Assembly: GCA_965223545.1 (NCBI GenBank)
Contig: OZ245006.1
Span: 224,001-288,000 of the forward strand
DNA from: Planctomycetota bacterium
Lineage (GTDB): Bacteria; Planctomycetota; UBA1135; UBA2386
DNA length: 64,000 bases
Direction of reading: 5' to 3'
A program made the position numbers and the translations under genes. Positions 31,455 to 41,401 of this stretch are shown here, piece after piece (the first letter of the stretch is position 1; every line of letters starts with the position of its first letter). Below the pieces are notes generated by a model that was not told where the DNA came from, did not search any database, and saw only the letters and a list, made by a program, of their open reading frames with translations.

Positions 31455-32507
31455 TCATCGGTGGCCGAACTCGGCGCTCAGGCCGACGTAGGCGGTAAAA
31501 TCGGGGGCGACGAACGACGACAGATCCTCGCCAAAGCCGACGTCCAACCACCAGCCCTCGGCGAGCCGACCGCGAGCGGTGGTCCACAGCAGCCACTGCG
31601 GATCGCTGGCGCGGCCGAAATCCAGCGCGCGCAGGGTCGAGGTCTCCGCCTCGACCTGTACGAGCACGGCCCAATCGTCGTGGAACGCCCACTCGACGCC
31701 GACCCCGCCGGCGGTGACGTCGCCGAACGAGAAGCCGTTGCGCCGCGCGGGCGCGGGGTTGCCGGCGCGGCTGTGGCCGGCGTGCGCCGACCACTGCCAC
31801 GCCCCACTGCGCCACGCCGCGTACACCCCGCCGCCCCAGTCGACCTGGCCGGAGCCGAAGCCGCGGTCGTCGTCGCCGGTCGGCCACTCGGCGCCGATGC
31901 GCACTCCGGCGCCGAACGGCCGGCGCGCGGTCTGCGGCAAGAACGTCCACGACAGGACGGTGGGCACGTCACCGAGCGCCAGGCTGGTCTCCCGCTGCTC
32001 GAACACGACGCTGCCGGCGTCGACCGCGCGCACCGCGAACCGCCCGTTCTGCGCCGGCGTCCGCCCCTGGTCGGGGAAGCCGAAGAAGTCGTGCCAGTCG
32101 ATCAAGAACTCGTCCAGGAAGCCCCCGGTGGTGTGCAGCAGCGGCAGCTCGACGCCGAGCTCGAGCTCCGCGCCGAGCCCGACGCGCGCCGCGAGGCCGG
32201 CGCGCAGGATCTCGCCGTCCATCTCGAAACCGCTGCCGCCGGCGCCGGGGCCCCCGTTGGTGGAGCCCGCCAAGAACAGGCTGCTGTAGGAGAGATCGAG
32301 GCGCACCCGCCCCGCCCCGGCCGGGGCCGGCCGGGCGTCGCGCGGCTCGAGGTGGAGCACGGTGAGCTGCGCCGGGTGCTGGTTGCGCACCGGGGCCGGG
32401 CCGCGCAGCACCGGCCGGGCGGCGCACCCGACCAGCGCCGCGGCCAAGACCACGCCCATGACCCCGCCGAGGGGCGCCCCGCTCCAGACCGCGATCCGCA
32501 TCCGCAT
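31455..32507 (-). CDS. DUF3187-like outer-membrane protein
   Basis: 'RNQHP', 'MDGE', 'GGFLDEFLIDWHDFFG', 'PTGD...GFGSG', C-terminal 'FGEDL...APDF'. Confidence 0.65.
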   Translation of the reverse strand: MRMRIAVWSGAPLGGVMGVVLAAALVGCAARPVLRGPAPVRNQHPAQLTVLHLEPRDARPAPAGAGRVRLDLSYSSLFLAGSTNGGPGAGGSGFEMDGEILRAGLAARVGLGAELELGVELPLLHTTGGFLDEFLIDWHDFFGFPDQGRTPAQNGRFAVRAVDAGSVVFEQRETSLALGDVPTVLSWTFLPQTARRPFGAGVRIGAEWPTGDDDRGFGSGQVDWGGGVYAAWRSGAWQWSAHAGHSRAGNPAPARRNGFSFGDVTAGGVGVEWAFHDDWAVLVQVEAETSTLRALDFGRASDPQWLLWTTARGRLAEGWWLDVGFGEDLSSFVAPDFTAYVGLSAEFGHR

Positions 32508-32611
32508 GCCACCTCTACGCGCCGCGGGCGCGGATGTAAAACCCACATCCCCCGTCCGGGATCATCGCTACACTCGCCCACCCCGCCGCCCCCACGCTCA
32601 ACCGCAACGCC

Positions 32612-33784
32612 ATGGCTCTCCGTTCCACTCTTTCGCTCCTGCTCACCCTGCTCGGGATCTCCTGCGCCGAAGGCGGCGAAGAGGATCGCCCGTTGAGCGA
32701 AGTGCTGATCACCGCCAGCCACCACATGTGGGCGCTGCAGAGTGATCGCGCGTTCTCGACGTTTCCGATTCCGATGGCCGAAATGGCGTCCGACCGCGGC
32801 GTCCTCACCCTCGACGACCAGTCGTTGTACACGGTCACTCGCAACGGCCAGGCCAGCGGCACCGACGACTACGCCCTGGCCGAGGACGGCGTGCTCAGCA
32901 TCTTGGTGAGCCAGGGAGCGCGTCTGCCCCGCATCCGCTTCTCGGGGGCCTACGGCATCGAAGGCGACACCGGCACCTACTTCTTCACCGATCGCTTCAC
33001 CGCCCAGACCAGCCAGCGCATCGGACTGTTCTGGGGCACCGAAGTCGTCGACCCGACGCCCGATCTCGAGGGCGACTGGCACGTGTTCAGCCAGCACGTG
33101 ATCTTCGCCAGCTCGATCGTGCCCGACCCCAACAACGTCGGGCGCGCCTTCGGCGGCACGCTGGCCGTCGACGACATGGACGACATCACCGGCAGCGGGC
33201 TGGAGTCGACCGGTGCCAACATCACGCTGACGGGCAACGTCGCGAGCTTCGCCGACGGCCGGGTCGACGTCACCCTCGACTACGCCGGACCGCAGACCAG
33301 CGACACGCGCACGTTCCACGGCAGCGTGGGACCCGGCATCATCCTCGGTCTGGACCCCGACGAGACCACCGGCGAGTCGGGGCTGATCGCGATGATGGCC
33401 CACCGCACCACGCCGGCGGATCGGGACGACTTCGCCGGCACCTACCTGCTCGGCCTGCACACGATCTTCGTCAACCCGACCAACCCGGGGACCGACGTCG
33501 CCTTCGGCACGGTGACCTTCAACGACACCGACGGCTTCTCGCTGGATGCCACTGGCGCCGACGGCCAGGACTTCAGCTACAGCGGCACTTACGTGCTCGA
33601 CGACGACGGCACCCTGACGCTGACCGTCCCGGGCACCAGCGAGACCTGGATGGGCGCGGTCGACGAGGAGTACCACACGGTGGTGTTCGTCGACAACTTC
33701 ATCGAGGCACGCGCCGGCGCCAAGCCGCCCGAGCTCAACCTGTTCCTCGCCCTGCGCGAGGCGCCGGTGCCCAGCAACCCCTGA
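32612..33784 (+). CDS. Hypothetical acidic beta-rich lipoprotein
   Basis: Lipobox 'LLGISC'; strong coding bias; about three repeated beta units. Confidence 0.7.
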   Translation: MALRSTLSLLLTLLGISCAEGGEEDRPLSEVLITASHHMWALQSDRAFSTFPIPMAEMASDRGVLTLDDQSLYTVTRNGQASGTDDYALAEDGVLSILVSQGARLPRIRFSGAYGIEGDTGTYFFTDRFTAQTSQRIGLFWGTEVVDPTPDLEGDWHVFSQHVIFASSIVPDPNNVGRAFGGTLAVDDMDDITGSGLESTGANITLTGNVASFADGRVDVTLDYAGPQTSDTRTFHGSVGPGIILGLDPDETTGESGLIAMMAHRTTPADRDDFAGTYLLGLHTIFVNPTNPGTDVAFGTVTFNDTDGFSLDATGADGQDFSYSGTYVLDDDGTLTLTVPGTSETWMGAVDEEYHTVVFVDNFIEARAGAKPPELNLFLALREAPVPSNP

Positions 33785-33946
33785 GCCTCGGGGTCTTGCG
33801 GTCCCGGCCGCGCTGAGCGGCTGCGGCCGTCTGCTGTCGCGACCGCGCTCGGTCGTCGGGTTCCGGCCCTGGCACGCGCGCGCTGGCAACTCCGCGAGGG
33901 CCGGTCTACCATCGCCGCCCCGCTGTCGATTTCGAACGAGGCCGAC

Positions 33947-34825
33947 TTGCAAGCGCCGGTACTGACCACCGATCTCCCCCTCCCGAGCCTGGGCCGCGGC
34001 AAGGTCCGTGACCTGTACGCGCTCGGCGACGACATCCTGATCGTCACCACCGACCGCGTGTCGGCCTACGACGTCGTCATGGATCAGGGCGTCCCCGGCA
34101 AGGGGATCGTGCTGACCGCGGTGTCGACGTTTTGGTTCGAGCAGCTTGGCGACGTGGTCCCCCACCACCTGATCACCGCCGACGTCGAGGCGATGACCGA
34201 GATCCCGGCGGAGTTCCACGACCAGCTGCGCGGCCGGGTGATGCGCTGCCGGCGCGTGCAGCCCCTTCCGGTGGAATGGGTGGTGCGCGGCTATCTCACC
34301 GGCAGCGGCTGGGCGGACTACCAGCGCAGCGGCCGGGTCTCCGGCGTGCAGCTGGCGGAGGGCCTGCAGCACGCCTCGGCGATCGAGCCGGCGATCCTGA
34401 CGCCGTCGACCAAGGCCGCCGAAGGCGATCACGACGAACCGATCTCGTTCGAGCAGGTGCAAGAGCTGGTCGGGCCGGAAATCGCCGCGCAGGGACGCGA
34501 CGCAGCGCTGGCGCTCTACCAGCGCGGCCGCGACTACGCGCGCCAGCGCGGCATCGTCATCGCCGACACCAAGTTCGAGTTCGGCATGGCCGACGGCACC
34601 CTGATGTTGATCGACGAGTGCCTGACGCCGGACAGCAGCCGCTTCTGGCCGGCGGACGAAGTGCGGCCGGGGGGCAAGCCGACCAGCTACGACAAGCAAG
34701 TGCTGCGCGACTACCTGCAGACGCTCGACTGGAACAAGCAGCCGCCACCGCCACAGCTGCCGGACGAAGTCGTGCGACAGACCGCGCAGACCTACACCGA
34801 CATCCGCCGACGACTGCTCTCATGA
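33947..34825 (+). CDS. purC: Phosphoribosylaminoimidazolesuccinocarboxamide synthase
   Basis: 'GKVRDLY', 'DRVSAYD', 'VRGYLTGS', 'ADTKFEFG', 'LTPDSSRFW', 'SYDKQ'. Confidence 0.97.
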   Translation: MQAPVLTTDLPLPSLGRGKVRDLYALGDDILIVTTDRVSAYDVVMDQGVPGKGIVLTAVSTFWFEQLGDVVPHHLITADVEAMTEIPAEFHDQLRGRVMRCRRVQPLPVEWVVRGYLTGSGWADYQRSGRVSGVQLAEGLQHASAIEPAILTPSTKAAEGDHDEPISFEQVQELVGPEIAAQGRDAALALYQRGRDYARQRGIVIADTKFEFGMADGTLMLIDECLTPDSSRFWPADEVRPGGKPTSYDKQVLRDYLQTLDWNKQPPPPQLPDEVVRQTAQTYTDIRRRLLS

Positions 34826-35328
34826 CCGACCGTCCGATCGCTTTCCTGATGGGTTCCGACTCCGACCTGCCGACGTTGGAGAAGGGCTTCGCCGTGCTCA
34901 CCGAGCTCGAGGTCGGCTTCCACGTGCGCGTGCTGTCCGCGCACCGCACCCCCGAAGAGGCCTGCGGCTTCGCGCGCGAGGCCGAGGCCAACGGGGTCAA
35001 GGTGCTGATCGGTGCCGCCGGCATGGCGGCGCACCTGGCCGGCGCGCTGGCCTCGCACTCGCAGCTGCCGGTGCTCGGCATCCCGATCGACTCGGGCCCG
35101 ATGCACGGCGAGGACGCGCTCTGGTCGACGAGCATGATGCCGCCGGGGATCCCCGTCGGCACGATGGGCATCGGCAAGAGCGGCGCGGTCAACGCCGCGC
35201 TGCTGGCGGCGCGCATCGTCGCTCTGACCGACCCCGGCCTGGCCGAACGACTGCGCGCCTACCGCGAGGCCGACCGGCAGAAGACCCTGGCCAAGGACCG
35301 CGCCGTGCGCGATCGATTCGGCTGCTGA
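34822..35328 (+). CDS. purE: N5-CAIR mutase / AIR carboxylase
   Basis: 'MGSDSD', 'SAHRTP', 'AGMAAHLAG', 'MPPGIPV'; ATGA overlap with purC. Confidence 0.96.
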   Translation: MTDRPIAFLMGSDSDLPTLEKGFAVLTELEVGFHVRVLSAHRTPEEACGFAREAEANGVKVLIGAAGMAAHLAGALASHSQLPVLGIPIDSGPMHGEDALWSTSMMPPGIPVGTMGIGKSGAVNAALLAARIVALTDPGLAERLRAYREADRQKTLAKDRAVRDRFGC

Positions 35329-35334
35329 GGTTCG

Positions 35335-36360
35335 ATGAAGCCCGCGATCGAATGGGCCGGCGGCGTCGACGGCCACCTCTGCCTCCTCGACCAGACCCGA
35401 CTGCCACACGACGAGGTCGTGCTCGAGCTCCGCACTCTGCAACCGGTGATCGACGCGATCCGCCGGCTGTCGGTGCGCGGCGCGCCGGCCATCGGCGTGT
35501 CAGCGGGCTACGGCATGCTGATCGGGGTCCGCGAGCGCCAACCGGCCGACGCCAAGGCCTTCGCCGCCGCCGTCGATGAGGTCGGCGCCGCGCTCGACGC
35601 CAGCCGGCCGACCGCGGTCAACCTGGCCTGGGCCACGCGCCGCGTGCGGGAACGGGCAGCGCGCGAGCCGACGCTCGAGGCGTTGCTGGACGAGGCCCGC
35701 GCCATCCATCGCGAGGACGAGGCGTTGTGCGCCGCGATCGGAGCGCACGGCGAGGGCTTGATCGAGGACGGCATGACGGTGCTGACGCACTGCAACGCCG
35801 GCCGGCTGGCGACCGCTGGCATCGGCACCGCCCTCGCCGTGATGTTCGCCGCGCACGAGCGCGGCCGGCGCTTTCAGGTGCTCGCCGACGAGACCCGCCC
35901 CCTGCTGCAGGGCGCGCGACTGACCGCACTCGAGCTGGCCGACGCCGGCATCCCGGTCGATGTCGTCGCCGACGGCGCCGCGGCGGGCTTGATCGCGCGC
36001 GGCGCAGTGTCGCTGATCGTCACCGGCGCCGACCGGATCGCGGCCAACGGCGACGTCGCCAACAAGGTCGGCACCTACGGCCTATCGCTGGCGGCAAAGG
36101 CACACGGGGTGCCGATGTACGTCGCCGCGCCGGCCTCGACCTTCGACCTGTCACTCCCCGACGGCAGCCACATCCCGATCGAGGATCGCGATCCGAGCGA
36201 GGTGCTGGAGCTCGGCGGCGCCCGCATTGCCGCGGCGGGAGTCGGCGCTCGCAACCCGGCCTTCGACGTGACGCCGGCCGCCAATCTCAGCGGCCTGATC
36301 ACCGACCGCGGCCTGATTCGCCCCATCGGCACGGATCGCATCAAGGAAATCATCGGCTGA
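35335..36360 (+). CDS. mtnA: S-methyl-5-thioribose-1-phosphate isomerase
   Basis: 'LLDQTRLP', 'VRGAPAIG', 'RPTAVNL', 'LTHCNAG', 'ETRPLLQGARLT', 'NPAFDVTP'. Confidence 0.96.
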   Translation: MKPAIEWAGGVDGHLCLLDQTRLPHDEVVLELRTLQPVIDAIRRLSVRGAPAIGVSAGYGMLIGVRERQPADAKAFAAAVDEVGAALDASRPTAVNLAWATRRVRERAAREPTLEALLDEARAIHREDEALCAAIGAHGEGLIEDGMTVLTHCNAGRLATAGIGTALAVMFAAHERGRRFQVLADETRPLLQGARLTALELADAGIPVDVVADGAAAGLIARGAVSLIVTGADRIAANGDVANKVGTYGLSLAAKAHGVPMYVAAPASTFDLSLPDGSHIPIEDRDPSEVLELGGARIAAAGVGARNPAFDVTPAANLSGLITDRGLIRPIGTDRIKEIIG

Positions 36361-36376
36361 AGCCGAAGGGGCTCCC

Positions 36377-36835
36377 ATGGGGAGCGCCAAAGCCAGCGGG
36401 TCCAAGCCGTCGAAGTCGAGCCGCGCCAAGCGCACGCCGGTGACGGCGCGCAAGACGTCGGCAAAGAAGGCGGCCAGCAAGAAGGCAGCCCGGAAGAAGC
36501 CGGGCACAAGCAAGGCCCCGAGCAAGAAGCCGGCGGCGAAGAAGACCAAGAAGGCCGCACCGAAGAAGGCGGTCACAAGCAAGACCGTGGCGTCCAAGGG
36601 GCCCAAGCCGCAGGTGTCGAAGAAAGCGACGGCGAAGCGGGCCAACACCAAGCCCGCCACCGGCAAGAAGAAGCCGGTGAAGCGCGCCAAGCCGGTGCCG
36701 GACATCGAGGTCGGCGCCGACGTGCTCGAGTTCATCGAGGCCATCGACGCGTTCAAGCTGGAGCACTCGCGCCCGTTCCCCAGCTGGAGCGAGGTGCTCT
36801 ACATTCTGCACAAGCTCGGCTACCGCAAGGTCTGA
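36377..36835 (+). CDS. Histone H1-like Lys/Ala-rich protein with small C-terminal folded domain
   Basis: About 105 aa of KKA/KKP repeats followed by 'EFIEAIDAFKLEHSRPFPSWSEVLYILHKLGYRK'. Confidence 0.8.
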   Translation: MGSAKASGSKPSKSSRAKRTPVTARKTSAKKAASKKAARKKPGTSKAPSKKPAAKKTKKAAPKKAVTSKTVASKGPKPQVSKKATAKRANTKPATGKKKPVKRAKPVPDIEVGADVLEFIEAIDAFKLEHSRPFPSWSEVLYILHKLGYRKV

Positions 36836-36860
36836 GCCCGCGCGTGAGCGCGTCGTGCGC

Positions 36861-37715
36861 CTACAGCACCCCGGCGAAGCACAGGGCCAGCAGCGCCGCC
36901 CCGGCGAGGACGCGGTAGAACGCGAACGGCCGGAACGTGTGGTCCTGTAGGAAGCGCACGAACGGCCCGACGATCAGCAGGGCGGTGATGAACGACGCCA
37001 CCGAGGCGATCACCAGATCGGGCAGGGCGGGGCCCGCGAAGCGCTCGAAGTCCGACCACAGCTTGAGCGCGCAGGCGCCGTAGAGGATCGGCAGCCCGAC
37101 CAAGAACGAGAACTCCGCCGCCGCACCGCGCGACAGGCCGCAGACCAGGCCACCGGCGATCGTCGCTCCCGAGCGGCTGGTGCCCGGGATCAAGGCCAGC
37201 GTCTGCCAAAAGCCGATGATCAGCGCCTGGCGTGGCGTCATCGCCTCCATCGGCAGGGCCGTTTCTACACCGGCGGCAGCCCGCCGGTCGCGCCAGGCCT
37301 CCAGCACGAACAGGCCGACGCCGCCGACGATCAACGCGATGGCGACCACCTCCGGCGAGAACAACCGCGCCTCGATCCACTCGTCGAACAGCTTGCCGAT
37401 GATCGCCGCGGGCAGCGCCGCGATGAACAGCAGCCACAGCAGGTTGGTGCCGCCGCCAACACCTTTCGCCGTCGAGCGCAGCGAGACGAGCGACTGCCAC
37501 AGCCGGCGCCAGTACAACACCAGGATCGCGGTGATCGCACCCGCTTGGATGGCCACCTCGAAGGCGGGATCGGAGCGACCGAAGGCAGCGCTGGTGACGA
37601 TGAGGTGGCCGGTGCTGCTGACCGGCAGAAACTCGGTCAGCCCCTCGACGATGCCCATCACGACGCTGTACAGAACGCCGCCACTGGCGTCGGCCGACCC
37701 GTCCTGCACACCCAT
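36861..37715 (-). CDS. uppP: Undecaprenyl-diphosphate phosphatase (BacA)
   Basis: 'GIVEGLTEFLPVSSTGH', 'IPGTSRSGATI', 'AAEFSF'. Confidence 0.96.
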   Translation of the reverse strand: MGVQDGSADASGGVLYSVVMGIVEGLTEFLPVSSTGHLIVTSAAFGRSDPAFEVAIQAGAITAILVLYWRRLWQSLVSLRSTAKGVGGGTNLLWLLFIAALPAAIIGKLFDEWIEARLFSPEVVAIALIVGGVGLFVLEAWRDRRAAAGVETALPMEAMTPRQALIIGFWQTLALIPGTSRSGATIAGGLVCGLSRGAAAEFSFLVGLPILYGACALKLWSDFERFAGPALPDLVIASVASFITALLIVGPFVRFLQDHTFRPFAFYRVLAGAALLALCFAGVL

Positions 37716-37751
37716 CAACACCTCCCTACCGTCGGCCACCGCGCCGCGCCG

Positions 37752-38864
37752 CTACAGCACTTCGCCCGGCGCGCGACACTCCATGCCAAACGCCTCGGCC
37801 ACGCCAGCATGCGTGACCGCGCCGCCGAGGACGTTGGCGGCGGTGCCCAACACCGGGTGCCCGGCCGCGGCGCCTGCGCCCATGCCGGCGAGCCGGCGCA
37901 CCCAGGGGCCGGTGGCGTTGGTCAGTGCGAAGGTCGAAGTCCGCGCCACCGCTCCCGGCATGTTGGCGACGCAGTAGTGCAGCACGCCATCGACGACGTA
38001 GGTCGGGTTGGCGTGGGTCGTCGGCTTGCAGGTCTCGATGCAGCCGCCCTGGTCGACCGAGACGTCGACCACCACCGGGCCGTCGTTCTTCATCAGCGCG
38101 AGGTCCTCGCGCCGCACGAGCACCGGCGCGCGCGCACCACTGACCAGCACGGCACCGATCAGCAAGTCCGCCTCCGGCAACTTCTCGCGTATCGCGAACG
38201 GGCTGGAGTGCAGCAGCATGACGTTGGCGGGCATCACGTCGGACAGGTAGCGCAGCCGCTCTAGGTCGATGTCCATGATCATCACCCGCGCGCCGAGTCC
38301 GGCCGCCATCTTGGCGGCGTTGGTCCCCACCACGCCCCCGCCGATGATCATCACGGTGGCGGGCTCGACGCCGGGCACACCACCGGCGAGGATGCCGCGG
38401 CCGCCGTTGTGGCCCTGCAGATGCGAGGCGCCGACCTGCACCGCCATCCGGCCCGCGACCTCGCTCATCGGCGTCAGCAGCGGCAGCGCATCGCCGTCCT
38501 CGGTCAGCGTCTCGTAGGCGAAACAGTGTGCGCCGCTCTCCAGCATCGCCTCGGTCAGGCTGCGCGAGGCGGCGAAGTGGAAGTACGTGAACAGCAGCTG
38601 TCCGGGGCGGATCAGCGCGTACTCGGCGGGCAACGGCTCCTTGACCTTGACGATCATCTCGGCCGCGCCGTAGATCTCGGCCGCGGAGTCGACGATCTCC
38701 GCCCCGGCGGCGCGAAAGTCGTCATCGGCGATGCCGGCGCCCAGCCCACCGCCACTCTGCACCAGCACGCGGTGACCGGCGGCGACCAGGTCGTGCGCCA
38801 TCGCGGGCACGGCGCCGATGCGGTTCTCTTGCTCTTTGATCTCTGTCGGGATGCCGATGATCAT
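37752..38864 (-). CDS. ald: Alanine dehydrogenase
   Basis: '[13 protein letters not shown]', 'VKVKEP', '[11 protein letters not shown]', 'GGGVVG', 'VDQGGC', 'HYCVANMPG'. Confidence 0.96.
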   Translation of the reverse strand: MIIGIPTEIKEQENRIGAVPAMAHDLVAAGHRVLVQSGGGLGAGIADDDFRAAGAEIVDSAAEIYGAAEMIVKVKEPLPAEYALIRPGQLLFTYFHFAASRSLTEAMLESGAHCFAYETLTEDGDALPLLTPMSEVAGRMAVQVGASHLQGHNGGRGILAGGVPGVEPATVMIIGGGVVGTNAAKMAAGLGARVMIMDIDLERLRYLSDVMPANVMLLHSSPFAIREKLPEADLLIGAVLVSGARAPVLVRREDLALMKNDGPVVVDVSVDQGGCIETCKPTTHANPTYVVDGVLHYCVANMPGAVARTSTFALTNATGPWVRRLAGMGAGAAAGHPVLGTAANVLGGAVTHAGVAEAFGMECRAPGEVL

Positions 38865-38977
38865 GGTCGACGCAACCCCGCTGCTACGCGGGAGAAAGGG
38901 GCGGGAGGGGCCGGGAGTATAGCGCCGTGCCCCCACCGCGGAGAACGACGGAACGGCGCTGGCGAGAGAGCGCCGGC

Positions 38978-39976
38978 TCAGCCGGCGCCCGCGCGGGGCG
39001 TGCGCGCCAGCGCGGCCAGCTCACTGGCGATGCGCGCGGCCTCGTGCTCGGCTGCAATCGGCGTCAGGTGGAAGCGCGCGCGGACGCTGGCCGCCCCCAC
39101 CTCGACGCGCGGGGCCGGGCGGGCGAGCACATGGGGCTCGTCGCGCAGCCAATCGCGCAACATGTCGCCCAAGACTCGCGGTTCGCCGTGGCGGAACTCG
39201 TGCACGCGTTCGATCGGCGCGCGCTCCGGGGATGGGTCGGGGTCGGGTCCGCGCACGGCGTGCGCGGGGGGCGGCGGCGCGAGCACGACCCGCTCGGGGG
39301 CCTCCTCGACCGGCGTCCGCACCGGGCCGTCCAGGGGAATGCGTTCGGCGGCGGTGCCAGCCGGCGCGGCGTCGGCCAGCGCGGTCTCCCCGGCTTCGCC
39401 GACCAGCGGCACGGCGACCTCGTCCTCGCCGCGCCCACGCCAGACGATCATCGACAGGATCGCGAGTCCGAGCGCCGCGATTCCCGCCAACCACCACGTC
39501 GGGTCGCCGGCGGCATTGGCGGTCGCCGGCGCCGTGCTCGCGTCCTCCGGCGCGTCGCTTGCGGCCGGCGTGGGCTGTTCGGGCACAACGACACTCGGGT
39601 CGCCGGCGCGGACCAGCCGCAGCACCTCGTCCAGCTGCCGCGTGGTGCGCTCCAGCGCGCGCACCACCAGCTCGTCGTCGGCCCGCTGCTGCGCGGCCGC
39701 CGCCTCGAGCGCCGACAGTCGCTGCTCGATGACCACCAGCGCGTCGGGATCGCTGCCGGCACCGGCCCGCAGCGCCGCCACCGCGCGCCCGACTTCACCC
39801 GCCAGCTCGCCGACGCGCTGCCGATCGGCGGCCTGCGCTTCGACCAACGATTGCATCGCTTCTCGCAGCGGTGCCATCGCCGTCGCCACCGGGCCGGCAG
39901 CGACGCCGGAATGGCGCACCTCGCCGCACGACAGCGACAGCAAGAGGCCGGCACCCAAGAGCCAGCGCCAGCTCAC
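38978..39976 (-). CDS. Hypothetical lipoprotein/membrane protein with coiled coil
   Basis: 'LLLSLSC' lipobox-like segment, coiled-coil region, internal TM 'WWLAGIAALGLAILSMIVW'. Confidence 0.6.
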   Translation of the reverse strand: MSWRWLLGAGLLLSLSCGEVRHSGVAAGPVATAMAPLREAMQSLVEAQAADRQRVGELAGEVGRAVAALRAGAGSDPDALVVIEQRLSALEAAAAQQRADDELVVRALERTTRQLDEVLRLVRAGDPSVVVPEQPTPAASDAPEDASTAPATANAAGDPTWWLAGIAALGLAILSMIVWRGRGEDEVAVPLVGEAGETALADAAPAGTAAERIPLDGPVRTPVEEAPERVVLAPPPPAHAVRGPDPDPSPERAPIERVHEFRHGEPRVLGDMLRDWLRDEPHVLARPAPRVEVGAASVRARFHLTPIAAEHEAARIASELAALARTPRAGAG

Positions 39977-40698
39977 GACGCCTCTCCGACGAACGCGCGC
40001 ACGCGCTCGCGCAACCTGCCGGGCGCTTCGGTGCGCAGCCGGCGCGGTGCGCCGACGGTGCGATCGGGCAGCACGCGCAGCTCGCCGTCCTCGAGCCGCA
40101 CCTCGAAGTGGCGGATCACCGCCGGCGCCGCGGTCGGGTTGTCGAGCTTGACCGGAACCACCGCGTCGGCTTCACGCCGCGCCTTGCGCCGAGCCGCACC
40201 CAGCCGCGCCTCACACCACTGGACGTAGCGCCCACTCGGGTCGTCGCCGACCCAGGCGAGCTTGAAGCCGATCGGCCGCAGGACTCCGGCAGCAGCCGCC
40301 GGGCCTTCATCGTCGCGCGTCGCGCGACCGTCGGCGGCGGGCTCGAACGACCAGCGCAGCCGCAGCGGTACGCGCAGCCAAGCGCGCGCGCGCTGCCCCG
40401 GCCCCAGGTCGAGGGGTTGGTCCAGCACCCCGCGCACCGGCCACTCCGGCACCGCCAGCTCGAGCTGCAGCCGTCCGCCCGTGCGCACGCCCCATTCGAC
40501 GCGGTGCACACGCCGCCCGTCGTGCGCGACCATCGCCGCGCCGTTGGCACCGTTCTCGAGCAGCGCCTGCCACCGCCCCAGCGCGGTGTGCACGACGCGC
40601 CCCGGCGAGGGCAGCTGCAGACATCGACGGCACGGGTTCACGGGGAGAAGTGTACCGCCCGCGCGGCGGCTTTTTGCGGCCGCCGTTTTCCCTTGCAA
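39973..40698 (-). CDS. Hypothetical protein (possibly DUF432-like)
   Basis: 'PEWPVRGVLDQPLDLGPGQRARAWLRVPL' resembles DUF432; GTGA overlap with the downstream gene; start uncertain. Confidence 0.45.
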   Translation of the reverse strand: MQGKTAAAKSRRAGGTLLPVNPCRRCLQLPSPGRVVHTALGRWQALLENGANGAAMVAHDGRRVHRVEWGVRTGGRLQLELAVPEWPVRGVLDQPLDLGPGQRARAWLRVPLRLRWSFEPAADGRATRDDEGPAAAAGVLRPIGFKLAWVGDDPSGRYVQWCEARLGAARRKARREADAVVPVKLDNPTAAPAVIRHFEVRLEDGELRVLPDRTVGAPRRLRTEAPGRLRERVRAFVGEAS

Positions 40699-40722
40699 AC
40701 CGGCCCTTCCGACCGGTAGAAC
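40693..40722 (+). promoter_or_regulatory. Putative sigma70 promoter of tRNA-Val
   Basis: TTGCAA-18 nt-TAGAAC, ending 12 nt before the tRNA. Confidence 0.35.
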
Positions 40723-40734
40723 GCGCGCACCTGA

Positions 40735-40811
40735 GGGCGATTAGCTCAGTTGGCTAGAGCACCAGCTCGACAAGCTGGGGGTCAAAGGTTCGAGTCCTTT
40801 ATCGCCCACCA
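40735..40811 (+). tRNA. tRNA-Val(GAC)
   Basis: Acceptor GGGCGAT/ATCGCCC plus ACCA; D arm GCTC/GAGC; anticodon stem CCAGC/GCTGG with loop TCGACAA; T arm AAAGG-TTCGAGT-CCTTT. Confidence 0.97.
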
Positions 40812-41074
40812 TTCCAACGGCGAATCACGGCACCGTCGCGGAACCGTGAAAAGTAGATGCAGGGCGCGCCAACCAGTCGTTTACACGACGCGCCTTTCTC
40901 TACAGAGGCTGCCGACCTCGCGCGACTTCACGCGGTAGGGTTCAGCAGTGCCGTTCGGCCGCGCAGAGCTGGCCGACCACGTGGGGCAGAGAAGAAGGCC
41001 ACGGCGAACCGCGAGCTAGCAAGAGACCGAACCCGAGGCGCGTCGATCGCGCCGCAGCTCGCTGGAGGCCCGAC

Positions 41075-41263
41075 ATGGGTACCGCCGAGACCGCTGTTCT
41101 TCTCTCGCCCAAGGCAACCGCGCGTCGCCTGGGGTTCTCCGTCGTGACCTTGTGGCGCTGGCGCCGTGATGGCGTGGGCCCGCGCTTCGTGAAGGTCGGC
41201 GCCGTCGTGCGATACTCCATCGAGGAGCTGAACGCCTTCGTACAGGCAGGAGGCGCGAGATGA
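41075..41263 (+). CDS. AlpA/excisionase-like helix-turn-helix protein
   Basis: 'LLSPKATARRLGFSVVTLWRWRRDGVGPRFVKVGAVVRYSIEEL'. Confidence 0.85.
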   Translation: MGTAETAVLLSPKATARRLGFSVVTLWRWRRDGVGPRFVKVGAVVRYSIEELNAFVQAGGAR

Positions 41264-41401
41264 GCGCTCCGCCCCCGCTGGTCTTCACCGAGATGGCCGA
41301 CGCCGGTCTCGCGCGTGCTGCAGCAGGAGGTCATCCGGCGCGACGATCGACCGGACCTCGTGACCCTGATCATCGACCGGCGCCACGAGTTCGGCCAGTG
41401 C

